A program made the position numbers and the translations under genes. From a bacterium (GTDB lineage: Bacteria; Patescibacteriota; Minisyncoccia; Phycocordibacterales; DATDWN01), in assembly GCA_037134875.1 (NCBI GenBank), contig JBAXLH010000004.1:1233-65232 (forward strand): a stretch of DNA of 64,000 nucleotides, read 5' to 3'. The notes under the pieces are model-generated. The model had not been told where the DNA came from. It ran no database searches and was given only the letters and a program-made list of their open reading frames with translations. Below, piece after piece: positions 48,267-58,214 of the stretch (positions are counted from its first letter, which is position 1; each line of letters starts with the position of its first letter).

Positions 48267-49388
48267 TTATTTACTGAGTGCATCGGTGATGAGTTTGGTC
48301 AGAGTGCCAGCAATAGTATTGTGAAATGTTTGCGAAAAGGTAGATGGATTTTGTGCGAGGAGGTCTGCAAGGTTGCCACCAGTCTCCGCTTTCAGATCAC
48401 GATTTATATATCCGAGGGTGATTGCATACAAATCTCGCGCACTCGTTGTGGTAGCGTCTGAGCTGGTTGTGATAATGCTGATGAGTTTGTTGTTTGTATT
48501 GACGACTGCTCCACCCGAAGCACCTCTCTGCGAGACGACGGTGCCAGGGACAGAGACGATATCAATCGATTTTTCTGTGAAGGTAAAAAGTTGTTTGACT
48601 GTTGTGACTGCGCTCGTCACAAAAAGATTTTGCTCTATTGTCATTCCACCGAGAAAGCCGGCAGGGTAGGAGACGAGCACGACTGGATCGTTTTCAGAAA
48701 TAGTCTCGCTTGTGTCTGGTGCTATAAATGAAAAATTTTGTGGAAGGGTAGAGCCATCGATTGCATCTGTGATGTGGATGAGAGCAAAATCATATTCACC
48801 GGTGCCTTTTGGCTCGGTTTCTTTGAGAAGTGTTTTGTTGTTTTGTACCCAGAGTGGGGAGATGAACATGAGCTCGGCATGATAACGCGGATATGCAGGG
48901 GAGCCGGTGCGCACGACACATGTTACATTGTCTTTTGTTGGATAATCTCGTAGGAGAAAATATTGTCCGACATGTGCGTTGGTCAAAATAATTCCGCGTG
49001 GATCTATGACAACACCTGTCGCGGTAATGATTGATCCAATACTTCCTTCGGCGGTACAGAGAATGTTGACAACTGACGGCCTGGCAAATGTGTTGATTGC
49101 TTCAAAATCGACAGATGTGATAGGTGTGGATTGGTTTGTTTGTGTTGCAGATGTTGGAGCGCTTTTCGAGATGAGTTTTTTTCTCGCGACTGGTGTTGTG
49201 ACTTTTGTGGATGTTGCTACTGCGGGTTTTGTCTGTTTTGCTATTTTTGTAGCAGTAGTTGTGCCGAGCGAGGGGACTGGGGTTGTGGTATTGAGACTAT
49301 GATTTTTGTATTGAGAAATATTTTCATATGAGAGCCATATGAAAAGAAAAATGAATCCAACAAAAAGTAATTTTTTGAGTGTGTGCAT
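48267..49388 (-). CDS. Membrane-anchored trypsin-like serine protease
   Basis: Catalytic triad LTNAHV, YDFA, GASGG; N-terminal TM and Thr-rich linker. Confidence 0.85.
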   Translation of the reverse strand: MHTLKKLLFVGFIFLFIWLSYENISQYKNHSLNTTTPVPSLGTTTATKIAKQTKPAVATSTKVTTPVARKKLISKSAPTSATQTNQSTPITSVDFEAINTFARPSVVNILCTAEGSIGSIITATGVVIDPRGIILTNAHVGQYFLLRDYPTKDNVTCVVRTGSPAYPRYHAELMFISPLWVQNNKTLLKETEPKGTGEYDFALIHITDAIDGSTLPQNFSFIAPDTSETISENDPVVLVSYPAGFLGGMTIEQNLFVTSAVTTVKQLFTFTEKSIDIVSVPGTVVSQRGASGGAVVNTNNKLISIITTSSDATTTSARDLYAITLGYINRDLKAETGGNLADLLAQNPSTFSQTFHNTIAGTLTKLITDALSK

Positions 49389-49457
49389 TGTGGTTGTGTA
49401 TAGTATATCAAAATTGCGGAGAATAAAATTTTTTGATACCATACGACGTATAGATTT

Positions 49458-49528
49458 GCGGGATTAGTTTATCGGTAAAATAACAGTTTTCCAAACTGTG
49501 GTGGGGAGTTCGACTCTCCCATCCCGCA
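49458..49528 (+). tRNA. tRNA-Gly(TCC), CCA not encoded
   Basis: GCGGGAT/ATCCCGC acceptor, ACAGT-TTTCCAA-ACTGT anticodon arm. Confidence 0.93.
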
Positions 49529-49546
49529 CAGAATTTAGTAACTTAT

Positions 49547-50086
49547 ATGAATATCACACCTTACGAGCAATCTCTCACTCACAGCTGTCTTGTGGCTTCT
49601 TTTCTTATGATTTTATTGGCACAAAAAGGTGTCAGTTTTCAAAAGAAAGATGAGCAAGAGCTCGCACTTCTCGGCTCCCAGAGAACATATCCTTTTTATG
49701 TTGTCGGGATTACTGCAGAAGTGACAAAGAGATACAATGCAAACGTTCATGTTTTTGCAGATAACAAATTTTTCACAGATGTTTTGAAAGATTCTTTTGC
49801 GAAAGAAAAAAACATAGAGGTGGAACATCAAAAAATTACCACCACTTTCATTAAAAAACTTTTGGTCCAAAGTCCAGTCATTTGTCATATTGATACGCAT
49901 GGGCTAGGGGATTATTCGCACGCTTCGCATTTTATTGTGATTGAAAAAGCAAACAAAAGTACATTTACTATCATTGATCCGTGGAATGGAAAGAGAAGAA
50001 ATGTCAGTGAGAAAACTCTAGAAAAAGCTATTTTGGAATTGAAAAATAACGTCAAAATGTGCCCGCTCATATTTCTGGTGAAATAG
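49547..50086 (+). CDS. Peptidase C39-like protein
   Basis: Q.....SCLVAS, SHFIVI, IIDPW.G catalytic pattern. Confidence 0.75.
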   Translation: MNITPYEQSLTHSCLVASFLMILLAQKGVSFQKKDEQELALLGSQRTYPFYVVGITAEVTKRYNANVHVFADNKFFTDVLKDSFAKEKNIEVEHQKITTTFIKKLLVQSPVICHIDTHGLGDYSHASHFIVIEKANKSTFTIIDPWNGKRRNVSEKTLEKAILELKNNVKMCPLIFLVK

Positions 50087-50133
50087 TGATTCTGCTAGTA
50101 TAATAAATTGTGTAATTAATAATCTATAAAAAT

Positions 50134-50370
50134 ATGCAACAATCACAAGAAATGCCAGGAGGAGGATTTGATCCACGTGTAATACCTCAAGTTGAATCAG
50201 ATGTGGAGGACAAAAAAGTACAACTTGAAATGCAGATTAAAAGTTTGAAAGAAGATCTTGAGCGAAACAGTGGCTCAAGTTCTGGATATGTGGATGCATT
50301 AAAAGAGACTTTGAAAAAACTTGAAAAGGAGCTTGTGTTGCTCACTGGGTCGACAGATAGTGTCTCATAA
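50134..50370 (+). CDS. Small coiled-coil hypothetical protein
   Basis: ORF with upstream TATAAT; heptad pattern. Confidence 0.55.
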   Translation: MQQSQEMPGGGFDPRVIPQVESDVEDKKVQLEMQIKSLKEDLERNSGSSSGYVDALKETLKKLEKELVLLTGSTDSVS

Positions 50371-50375
50371 ATAGT

Positions 50376-50588
50376 ATGAAAATAATAAAAATTTTAGGGA
50401 TTTTAATTCTTTCAACTGTGGTGGCAGTTTGTATTTATTTTCTAAGTTATTTGTTTGTTGGCAGTGTGTTGGTCAAATTTGTATGTTGTGGTGATTATCC
50501 TCTTGGCTGGTATGGGTATATACACTATGCAGTTTCAGGAATATTTTTTATTTTAGTTTTTTGGTTTTTATATCCAAAAGAAAAATAA
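50376..50588 (+). CDS. Small two-TM membrane protein
   Basis: Two hydrophobic segments; tight operon spacing. Confidence 0.55.
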   Translation: MKIIKILGILILSTVVAVCIYFLSYLFVGSVLVKFVCCGDYPLGWYGYIHYAVSGIFFILVFWFLYPKEK

Positions 50589-50589
50589 T

Positions 50590-51171
50590 ATGTCAGATTT
50601 GATCGAAGAACAATCAAAATTACAAAAACAAGGGTTGAAAATAATCGAGAATCTGAATTTGAAAGAAATTCTTGGAAAATATGGGGAATTTTGTTTGGTT
50701 GGCAGTATGGATTATGGACTAATGACCTGGCGCGATATTGATGTTGATTTGGTGACAGAAAATGAACCGAGAAATGAGGAATATCTACAAATAGTAGAAA
50801 AACTTTTTTCTCAACCAAATGTTAAAAAATTAAGTTTGATTGATGATAGGGAAAGTGAAGATCCAAATAGGCCGGATAGTATGTATATTGGTGTGAAATA
50901 CGAGGACGAATATAATGATACATGGAAAATCGATATCAGGTTACTCTCAAGAAAAAATATTGTGACTGATAAGACAAAAAAATTGATTGATGAAAAAATG
51001 ACAGAAGAATCAAGAAACAATATTTTACTAATCAAATCTGGGGTTCATGATAATCCTAAGTACCATAAAAAGTTTTTTAGTGTTGATATATATGAAGCGG
51101 TGTTACTTTTTGGAGTTAGAGAGATGGAAGGATTTAAAGAATATTTAAGTAAGCAAGGTAAAAGTTTATAA
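50590..51171 (+). CDS. Nucleotidyltransferase-fold protein
   Basis: VGSMDYGLMTWRDIDVD (GS...DxD) and WKIDI. Confidence 0.65.
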   Translation: MSDLIEEQSKLQKQGLKIIENLNLKEILGKYGEFCLVGSMDYGLMTWRDIDVDLVTENEPRNEEYLQIVEKLFSQPNVKKLSLIDDRESEDPNRPDSMYIGVKYEDEYNDTWKIDIRLLSRKNIVTDKTKKLIDEKMTEESRNNILLIKSGVHDNPKYHKKFFSVDIYEAVLLFGVREMEGFKEYLSKQGKSL

Positions 51172-51228
51172 TCAAAAAACACCCAAGCGGGTGTTTTTTG
51201 ATTCGCGAAATAAATATTTTTTAAAAAT

Positions 51229-51501
51229 TTATTTTACAGCTTCTTTGAGTGCTTTAGCTGCGCGGAACTTTGGAACTTTCATTGAAGGAACAGAAATTGT
51301 TTCTCCGGTTCGTGGGTTGCGAGCTTGTCTAGCGGCTCGTGTCTTTGTTGAAAAGATTCCGAGACCAGCGATTGAAACCTCGCCACCTTTTTTGAGTGTT
51401 CCAACGATTGACTCGATGATCATATCAACAACTTCTTCGGCCTGAACTTTTGTGCCACCTAATTTTGCGTGCACTTCGTCAACAATTGATGCTTTATTCA
51501 T
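51229..51501 (-). CDS. hup: DNA-binding protein HU
   Basis: MNK, GLGIF, ARQARNPRTGE, VPKFRAAKALKEAV. Confidence 0.95.
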   Translation of the reverse strand: MNKASIVDEVHAKLGGTKVQAEEVVDMIIESIVGTLKKGGEVSIAGLGIFSTKTRAARQARNPRTGETISVPSMKVPKFRAAKALKEAVK

Positions 51502-51621
51502 AATTATGATGTGTTAAATTAACCACTAATAATTACTATCTACTATACGAGTATTATATATCAACGTATTTTTAAAGCAACATATTGACGGTGGATAAAA
51601 ATAATAGCAGAATTAAATTTC

Positions 51622-53151
51622 CTATCTAGCGTACTCAATAGTTCGTGCTTCTCGAATAACTACCACTTTGATTTCGCCAGGGTATTTGAGTTCTTCTTCG
51701 ATACGAATAGCTATATCTCTAGCCATTTTCTGAGCATCAAGGTCGGTAACTTCGGCTGGAGTGACAAAAATGCGGATTTCACGGCCAGCTTGCAAGGCGT
51801 ATGATTTCTCAACACCTTTGAATGAGTTTGCGACGCCCTCGAGATCACCAAGTCGTTTGAGGTAGTTTTCGACACTGTCTCGACGTGCGCCAGGGCGACC
51901 GCCAGATATTGAGTCGGCTGACTGAACGATCATTGATTCGAGTGTTTCGTACGGATATTCGCCATGATGTGCCTGCATTGCCTTGATAATCGCTTCATCT
52001 GCGCCAAATTTCTGCAAGATGCGTCTGCCGATTTCGATGTGTGTACCGACAACTTCGTGGTCGAGCGCCTTTCCAATATCGTGTACGAGTGCGCCAGCTT
52101 TTGCTACCATCACGTTTGCACCGATTTCCTCGGCGAGCATTCCGGCAATATGTGCCATCTCAACAGAGTGTTGCAACACATTTTGTCCGTAGCTTGTTCG
52201 GAAGTACAAACGTCCCAAGATAGAAACAATTCGTGGATCAAGTCCGAGTACACCAGTCTCATAGACAGCCTGTTCGCCTTTCTCTTTGATAATTTTGTTT
52301 ATTTCCTGCTCTGATTTCTGAACAAATTCCTCAATTTTTGCCGGCTGGATACGTCCATCTGCAATGAGCTTCTCGAGTGCCAGCTTCGCGACCTGTCGTC
52401 TGACAGGGTCAAATGATGAAATAGTGATTGATCCTGGAGTATCGTCTACAATAACCTCCACACCAGTTGCTCGCTCAAAAGCCTTGATATTTCGCCCTTC
52501 TTTTCCAATAATCTTGCCTTTGATTTCGTCATTTGGTATTGGAACGTGGGTTGTGAGCATATCAGGGGAAACTGCACTCGAAAGTCGCTGGATTGAGGCG
52601 GTCAAAATCTCCTTGGCTTTTTGTTCCAATTTTTCCTCGCCGTCTCGCTCGAGTTTTCGAAGTCTGACCAAAATGTCTTCCTCGGATTCTTTCTCAACGG
52701 TTCTCAAAATTTCCTCTTTCGCCTCTTCTTTTGTTAGTTTGGCAATTTTCTGGAGCTCCTCGTGTTTTTGGTGCTCTATTTTGTCTGTTTGCTCACGAAT
52801 CGCCTTGATTTCCTCGATTCGTTTTTTGATTTCCTCGACTTCACGATCGATATCTGTCTGTCTATGGTCAAGAAGCTCATCTTTTTTAATGAGTCTTTCC
52901 TCGGTTCTTTTTATTTCCTGCTCTTTTTCCTTTATTTCTACGCGGGCCTCTTTCAGTATTTCCTCGGCCTTTTTCTCTGCTTCACTTATGATTTCTTTCT
53001 CCTTGTCTTTGGCCAGAAGTTCTATCTGCTTTAGGCGCAATTCCATCGATCCTTTTCGACCGAGGGAGATGAGCAAACGCAAATAGTAACCCAGCACTAT
53101 GCCAACGGTGATGGCAATGCTGACAAAGAGCATTACTATTTTCAACGACAT
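51622..53151 (-). CDS. rny: Ribonuclease Y
   Basis: TM, coiled coil, KH GKIIGKEGRNI, HD RTSYGQNVLQHS...HDIGK. Confidence 0.97.
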   Translation of the reverse strand: MSLKIVMLFVSIAITVGIVLGYYLRLLISLGRKGSMELRLKQIELLAKDKEKEIISEAEKKAEEILKEARVEIKEKEQEIKRTEERLIKKDELLDHRQTDIDREVEEIKKRIEEIKAIREQTDKIEHQKHEELQKIAKLTKEEAKEEILRTVEKESEEDILVRLRKLERDGEEKLEQKAKEILTASIQRLSSAVSPDMLTTHVPIPNDEIKGKIIGKEGRNIKAFERATGVEVIVDDTPGSITISSFDPVRRQVAKLALEKLIADGRIQPAKIEEFVQKSEQEINKIIKEKGEQAVYETGVLGLDPRIVSILGRLYFRTSYGQNVLQHSVEMAHIAGMLAEEIGANVMVAKAGALVHDIGKALDHEVVGTHIEIGRRILQKFGADEAIIKAMQAHHGEYPYETLESMIVQSADSISGGRPGARRDSVENYLKRLGDLEGVANSFKGVEKSYALQAGREIRIFVTPAEVTDLDAQKMARDIAIRIEEELKYPGEIKVVVIREARTIEYAR

Positions 53152-53335
53152 ATATTACAAAAACTCTCCGTTTTAGTTTTTTTGGAAGGGGACGATACTA
53201 TAAAAATGGCTATAAATATACATATTTTTAAGTATTTTCGAATCAGCGTGTTCCGGAAAAATCAAAAATTTCGAGTTTGAAAATTAAAATAAATAATACT
53301 GCCAGTATATAATAACCTGCGTGTTTTGTCTATTT

Positions 53336-53615
53336 TTGACATTTAAGAATGTTTGTGCTAGGGTAAAAAGGTATGACAAACATACGTAATCAAATGAATA
53401 TTGGTTTGGAATGCCGAAAGGCCTATGGCACTTTTGCTGTGCTTCCAAATATTGATTCTGCAGAAAATGCAGATCGGTTACGCTGTGTTCTAAGTATTTG
53501 AATTTGAAACTATTTTCGAAAACTTGAAACGCCGCGTAATGCGGCGTTTTGCGTTTTTGTCCGATCTGTCTAGTTTCGGATAAAGCGTACTGTTCTTTGA
53601 AAATTCACACAAAGG
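53336..53615 (+). promoter_or_regulatory. Promoter and attenuator-like leader of the GNAT-ABC operon
   Basis: TTGACA-17-TAGGGT; 42-codon uORF 53373-53501; terminator AAACGCCGC-GTAAT-GCGGCGTTTT; boxA-like TGTTCTTTGAAAA at 53591. Confidence 0.6.
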
Positions 53616-53621
53616 AAACAA

Positions 53622-54224
53622 ATGATGGAAAATCGAGTTGTGTTTTTGGATAGACCCAAGACTCGGGTATATCTCAGTCCAGTAGAAAAAGGGGACTTAC
53701 CTTTTTTTACTAAGACAATGAATAATGAGGAAATTACTCGTTTCTTGCTTGGTCATCATCCGACAACAATGGAAGATGAACAAGTGTGGTATGACAGAGT
53801 TAGTAAACAACGAGAAAGTGATCGTATTTGTTCGATTATTCTTAAAGAAACACATGAAGTTATTGGTGTTATTGGTATTCACAGAATTAACTGGATAGAT
53901 AGAACTGCTGGTACTGGTGCATTCATTGGTAGGGAGGATTTGTTGGGAAAAGGATTGGGTACAGAAGCAAAAATGCTCTGGCTTAAATACGCTTTTCTAA
54001 CACTTAATCTTCGTATGATTATTTCTCGCGCATATGCCTTCAATGGCAGAAGCATTCGTTATTCGGAGAAATGCGGTTACAAACAAATCGCAGTGTATCC
54101 TGATTTTATTTTCCGCGATGGAAAGTATCACGACATGGTGCACCTTATGGTTACCCGCGAAATGTGGGAACCGCTGTGGCACGAGTTCGAAGCAAAAATG
54201 AAAGGAGAAACGAATGAAAAGTGA
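53622..54224 (+). CDS. RimJ/RimL-type GNAT N-acetyltransferase
   Basis: GKGLGTEA, LNLRMI, FNGRSIRYSEKCGY. Confidence 0.88.
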   Translation: MMENRVVFLDRPKTRVYLSPVEKGDLPFFTKTMNNEEITRFLLGHHPTTMEDEQVWYDRVSKQRESDRICSIILKETHEVIGVIGIHRINWIDRTAGTGAFIGREDLLGKGLGTEAKMLWLKYAFLTLNLRMIISRAYAFNGRSIRYSEKCGYKQIAVYPDFIFRDGKYHDMVHLMVTREMWEPLWHEFEAKMKGETNEK

Positions 54225-55998
54225 GAAACGAAATCCACTGTCGTATCTGTTTAGTAAGATCTGGGAGTTTTCGCAAGGAAACAGAAAAAATGTTGTCTTG
54301 TATTGGATTCTGTTTATTTTTGCCAATGTCATAAACACGGTTTTTCATCCGATTGTGATGGCAAAGATTATGGATGTTTTGCAAAAGGATGGTATTACCA
54401 AAAATAATATTTCCCTTTTGTATTTTCTTCTGGGACTTACCTTAGTAAACGATCTAGTTTTTTGGGCGTTTCATGGTCCAGCCAGAGTTATCGAAAGAGT
54501 AAATGCATTTAAAGCCAGAATGAATTACAAAAAATTCTTGCTTAGTGGAGTTATGAACCTTCCTTTGCCTTGGCATATCGATCATCACACAGGTGATACG
54601 ATAGACAAAGCAGAAAAAGGTACGACTGCGTTGTATTCTTTTTCCAAAGAATCTTTTGAAGTCATCTCTTCTTTTGTCCAGCTTATTGTTAGCTTTTGCA
54701 TGCTTGCGTATTTTGGTGTGGAAGCTATAACCATCGTTGTAGTAATGATGGCGATTGCGATATGGATTATTATCCGATTTGATCAGGTGCTCATCCCACA
54801 ATATGTAAGCTTGAATAAATCAGAAAATCAAATATCTCAAGGCATTATTGATTCCATTAGCAATATTGGAACAATCATTGTTTTGAGAGTTGAAAAGTAT
54901 GTCTTCGAGGCTTTGTCTCGCAAAATGGAAAAACCGCTCGGGCTCTTTTGTAAAAATGCGAAGGTAAACGAAGGCAAATGGTTTCTAACAAATCTTTGCT
55001 GTACGATAATGTCCATTTTGGTAATGGCATTATATTTCTGGAAGAAAATAGGTACAAACCCAGCTGTTCTTGTGGCCAGTACTTTTCTTTTGTTCAGATA
55101 TCTGGAAAAGATCAGCGAATTGTTTTTTAGATTTGTTGGGAGATATAGCGACATTGTCATTTACAAAACTAGAATTGCAAATTCCGAAGAGTTGTCAAAT
55201 GATTTTGTCACTGGAAGTTTTGCAAATCATGTTTTGCCAAAAGATTGGAAAAAGCTCGAAATCAAAAAACTAAATTTCTCCTACCACATCGAGGGCGACA
55301 GCGATTTACATCTGGAAGATGTGTCGCTTTCTGTCCTACGTGGTGAAAAAATTGTTTTTGTAGGAGAAACTGGTAGTGGCAAAACAACTATGCTCAAGGT
55401 GATGCGAGATTTGTATCAGCCAAAGAGTGTGGAACTTTCTGTCGATGGTCAGATTATTTCCGATGGTTTTGCTGGTATCGCCAGAGCGATTGCACTTGTT
55501 CCGCAAAAACCGGAAATATTTGCCACAACTATTTTGGAAAATATTACTGTTGGAGTGGACTACGAGATGGGTTTTGTCAGGCATTTTACTGATATGACTC
55601 ATTTTACAGAAGTCGCACTGAACCTTCCAAATGGTTTTGACTCTTCTGTAAAAGAAGATGGTTTGGACTTAAGTGGGGGACAACAGCAAAGGCTAGCACT
55701 TTCTCGGGGACTTTTGGCTTGTTACGATAAGGAAATTGTTCTTTTGGATGAGCCAACCTCTAGTCTGGATGCTATCACTGAAATTACTGTTTACCAAAAT
55801 ATTCTGAGAGAATTTAAGGAAAAAACTGTGATCTCAACTACTCACGGTCTACATCTTTTACCATTTTTTGATCGAATTTGCTTTTTTAGCAAGGGTCGAA
55901 TTTTGGCAACAGGTACTCTGGACGAACTTCTTACATCTTGTCCTGAATTTGTAAATTTGTGGAGTGCTACACAAAAAGCATCAACAGAAATTGTGTGA
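54214..55998 (+). CDS. ABC exporter, fused permease/ATPase
   Basis: TM domain; GETGSGKT, LSGGQQQR, LLDEPTSSLD. Confidence 0.92.
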   Translation: MKSEKRNPLSYLFSKIWEFSQGNRKNVVLYWILFIFANVINTVFHPIVMAKIMDVLQKDGITKNNISLLYFLLGLTLVNDLVFWAFHGPARVIERVNAFKARMNYKKFLLSGVMNLPLPWHIDHHTGDTIDKAEKGTTALYSFSKESFEVISSFVQLIVSFCMLAYFGVEAITIVVVMMAIAIWIIIRFDQVLIPQYVSLNKSENQISQGIIDSISNIGTIIVLRVEKYVFEALSRKMEKPLGLFCKNAKVNEGKWFLTNLCCTIMSILVMALYFWKKIGTNPAVLVASTFLLFRYLEKISELFFRFVGRYSDIVIYKTRIANSEELSNDFVTGSFANHVLPKDWKKLEIKKLNFSYHIEGDSDLHLEDVSLSVLRGEKIVFVGETGSGKTTMLKVMRDLYQPKSVELSVDGQIISDGFAGIARAIALVPQKPEIFATTILENITVGVDYEMGFVRHFTDMTHFTEVALNLPNGFDSSVKEDGLDLSGGQQQRLALSRGLLACYDKEIVLLDEPTSSLDAITEITVYQNILREFKEKTVISTTHGLHLLPFFDRICFFSKGRILATGTLDELLTSCPEFVNLWSATQKASTEIV

Positions 55999-56063
55999 AT
56001 TAAATCAAAAAATCCCGCTTCCAGAAATGGAAGGCGGGATTTTCTTTTGTTTGATGTGGTTAG

Positions 56064-56200
56064 TTTTCATTTCAAAACTTGTCGAAAACATATTCTTTTT
56101 TGAGGCTTCGCAGGCGGGTAGCCGAGACTTGAGAAATTTGCCAGCAGGCAAATATTCGTACTCAAAAAAGGATATGTTGAGTAAAAGTTTTGAAATGAAA
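56064..56200 (+). repeat. Structured element family A copy
   Basis: Stems TTTTCATTTCAAAACTT and ACATATTCTTTTTTGAG with complements; internal loop GTCGAA/TGAGTAA as in the 20486 copy. Confidence 0.88.
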
Positions 56201-56201
56201 A

Positions 56202-56771
56202 TTACAAAATTTTATCTATTATTCCATACTTCTTTGCTTCGTTTGCATCCATAAAGAAGTCGCGGTCGATATCTTTTTCAACTTTTGCTATTGATTGACC
56301 GGTATTTTTTGCCATTATTTTTGTGAGATTTTCGCGGAGTTTCAATATTTGTTTTGCGCGAATTTCAATATCTGACGCTTGACCTTCTGCGCCGCCGAGT
56401 GGCTGATGAATCATTATTTCAGAATTTGGCAATGCGTATCTCTTGCCTTTTGTGCCGGCAGACAAAAGCCATGCTCCACCAGATGCCGCCATTCCGATAC
56501 AAATAGTAGAAACATCATTTTTGATGTGGTTGATTGTGTCAATCATTGCAAGTGTCGCTGATGCGGAACCTCCGGGAGAGTTGATGTACAAGTTGATATC
56601 TTTTTTTGAGTCCTCTGACTGGAGGAAAAGCATCTGTGCGATGACAATGTTGGCGGTGTCGTCGTCGATCGGGCCTCCGAGGAAAATAATATTTTCACGC
56701 AAAAGTCGCGAGTAGATGTCGTAGGCTCGCTCGCCAAATTGTGACTTTTCGATTACTGTGGGTATTAACAT
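56202..56771 (-). CDS. clpP: ATP-dependent Clp protease proteolytic subunit
   Basis: [29 protein letters not shown]; start moved to MLIPTV. Confidence 0.97.
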   Translation of the reverse strand: MLIPTVIEKSQFGERAYDIYSRLLRENIIFLGGPIDDDTANIVIAQMLFLQSEDSKKDINLYINSPGGSASATLAMIDTINHIKNDVSTICIGMAASGGAWLLSAGTKGKRYALPNSEIMIHQPLGGAEGQASDIEIRAKQILKLRENLTKIMAKNTGQSIAKVEKDIDRDFFMDANEAKKYGIIDKIL

Positions 56772-56856
56772 AATGTTTTTGATTAAAATATAAAGATAAA
56801 TACGGACTGAGTATACCAAATTTTCCCTATTTGACAAATATGATATAATGCTGGAT

Positions 56857-57609
56857 ATGTTAGAAAAATATCTACAAGATTTGGGTTTAACAGACAAAGA
56901 GGCACATATTTATTTATCACTCCTACAGGTAGACGGTGCAACAGCGCTCGATCTCTCAAAGAAAACAAAAATAAACCGTTCAACGGTATATGTGACAATA
57001 GAATCGCTCGCAAAAAAAGGTTTGGTGAGTGAGACAACGGTTGGCAAAAAGACTCAGTTTCAGGCAGAACCGCCAGAGCGACTCGAAACATTTGTCGAAA
57101 ACCGCCGACTCCAGTTCGAGGAACAGTCTGATCGACTCAAGGATATTATTCCGGAAATAAAAAGCGTCCAGCGTGAGAGTGGCGAGAGACCGGTTGTGAA
57201 ATATTTTGAGGGAAGAGAGGGGATAATAAGCAGTTCGGAGGAGTTGCTCAGAGAAAGTATTGATGTCAAAGAAAAAATGTATATGATTTATCCCAAAGAT
57301 ACTCTGGAAGAAATGTTTTCTGTAAATGAACTTTCTGCTTTGAGAAAAATAAGACTTGATAGGAATATAAAAACAAAAGTTTTGTATACATCAGCAAAAG
57401 GGGAGAAACCGTCTGATAGCTCTGGAGAGAGAATCAAAATTGATCACGATAAATATCATATAGATTCAGACATTTCGGTTTACGGAGATAAAATACGAAT
57501 TGGAACACTGGGAAAAAGACCGTCTGGTATTTATATTATAAGCAAGGATCTCGCCAATACCATAAAAGCTCTGATAGATTTAGTTTTTGATAAAAATCAA
57601 GAGAAATAA
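56857..57609 (+). CDS. TrmB family transcriptional regulator
   Basis: [22 protein letters not shown]...L.KKGLV winged HTH; VKYFEGREG. Confidence 0.85.
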   Translation: MLEKYLQDLGLTDKEAHIYLSLLQVDGATALDLSKKTKINRSTVYVTIESLAKKGLVSETTVGKKTQFQAEPPERLETFVENRRLQFEEQSDRLKDIIPEIKSVQRESGERPVVKYFEGREGIISSSEELLRESIDVKEKMYMIYPKDTLEEMFSVNELSALRKIRLDRNIKTKVLYTSAKGEKPSDSSGERIKIDHDKYHIDSDISVYGDKIRIGTLGKRPSGIYIISKDLANTIKALIDLVFDKNQEK

Positions 57610-57621
57610 TTATTATAGAAA

Positions 57622-57898
57622 TGGAAAACCGGCGGTCGCATAAGCGAACCGCCGGTCGTTTTTTTGCCGGATACTCCGGCGGGTAAATGTACAACTTGCT
57701 TCCCTTGCCCAATGATCTCACAGGGTTGGGAAGCCAAACTACTCTAGTCGCCCATCTGAGGGCTCCTTTCTTACAAAATCGAGATTCAGTGGCTGACTGG
57801 ATTCAGTCATGCCACCTCCTAACCGTCATGTTTTGGTTAGGAGGCGACACAACCTTCGTCTAGTCGAACATGACACCACCTCCTCTCGTCTGACTACT
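57622..57898 (-). ncRNA. Putative ~280-nt RNA with three SD sites and minigenes
   Basis: Minus-strand TTGACA(57933-57928)-17-TAGACT(57910-57905); SD-ATG units at 57871, 57810, 57755; terminator stem 57628-57656. Confidence 0.6.
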
Positions 57899-58214
57899 TT
57901 TACTAGTCTAGCAGATCAAAAACAAAATGTCAATAGATTTTGACATTTTTTGTCTATTTTAACACAAAACTCTTTATTTTTAGCCATATTTAGTGAAAAA
58001 TGATGTTTTTTGGCGAAAACATCATTTTTTTAGTGTAAAATAATAAAAAATTATGTCAAAAATTTACAAAAAATGTTATACAAAATTAACACAAAATAAA
58101 AATCAATATCAAAAAAATAGCTTAAAATAAGGCAAATTTAGAATTTGCACAAACAAAATATGAAAAAGTGTCAAAAATGCTTGACAAAAAATAAGAAAAG
58201 ATGTAAGCTCTTGC

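Noticed and set aside
414-56200. CRISPR array
   Set aside because: Repeats are dispersed singletons with no repeat-spacer periodicity and no cas genes in the window
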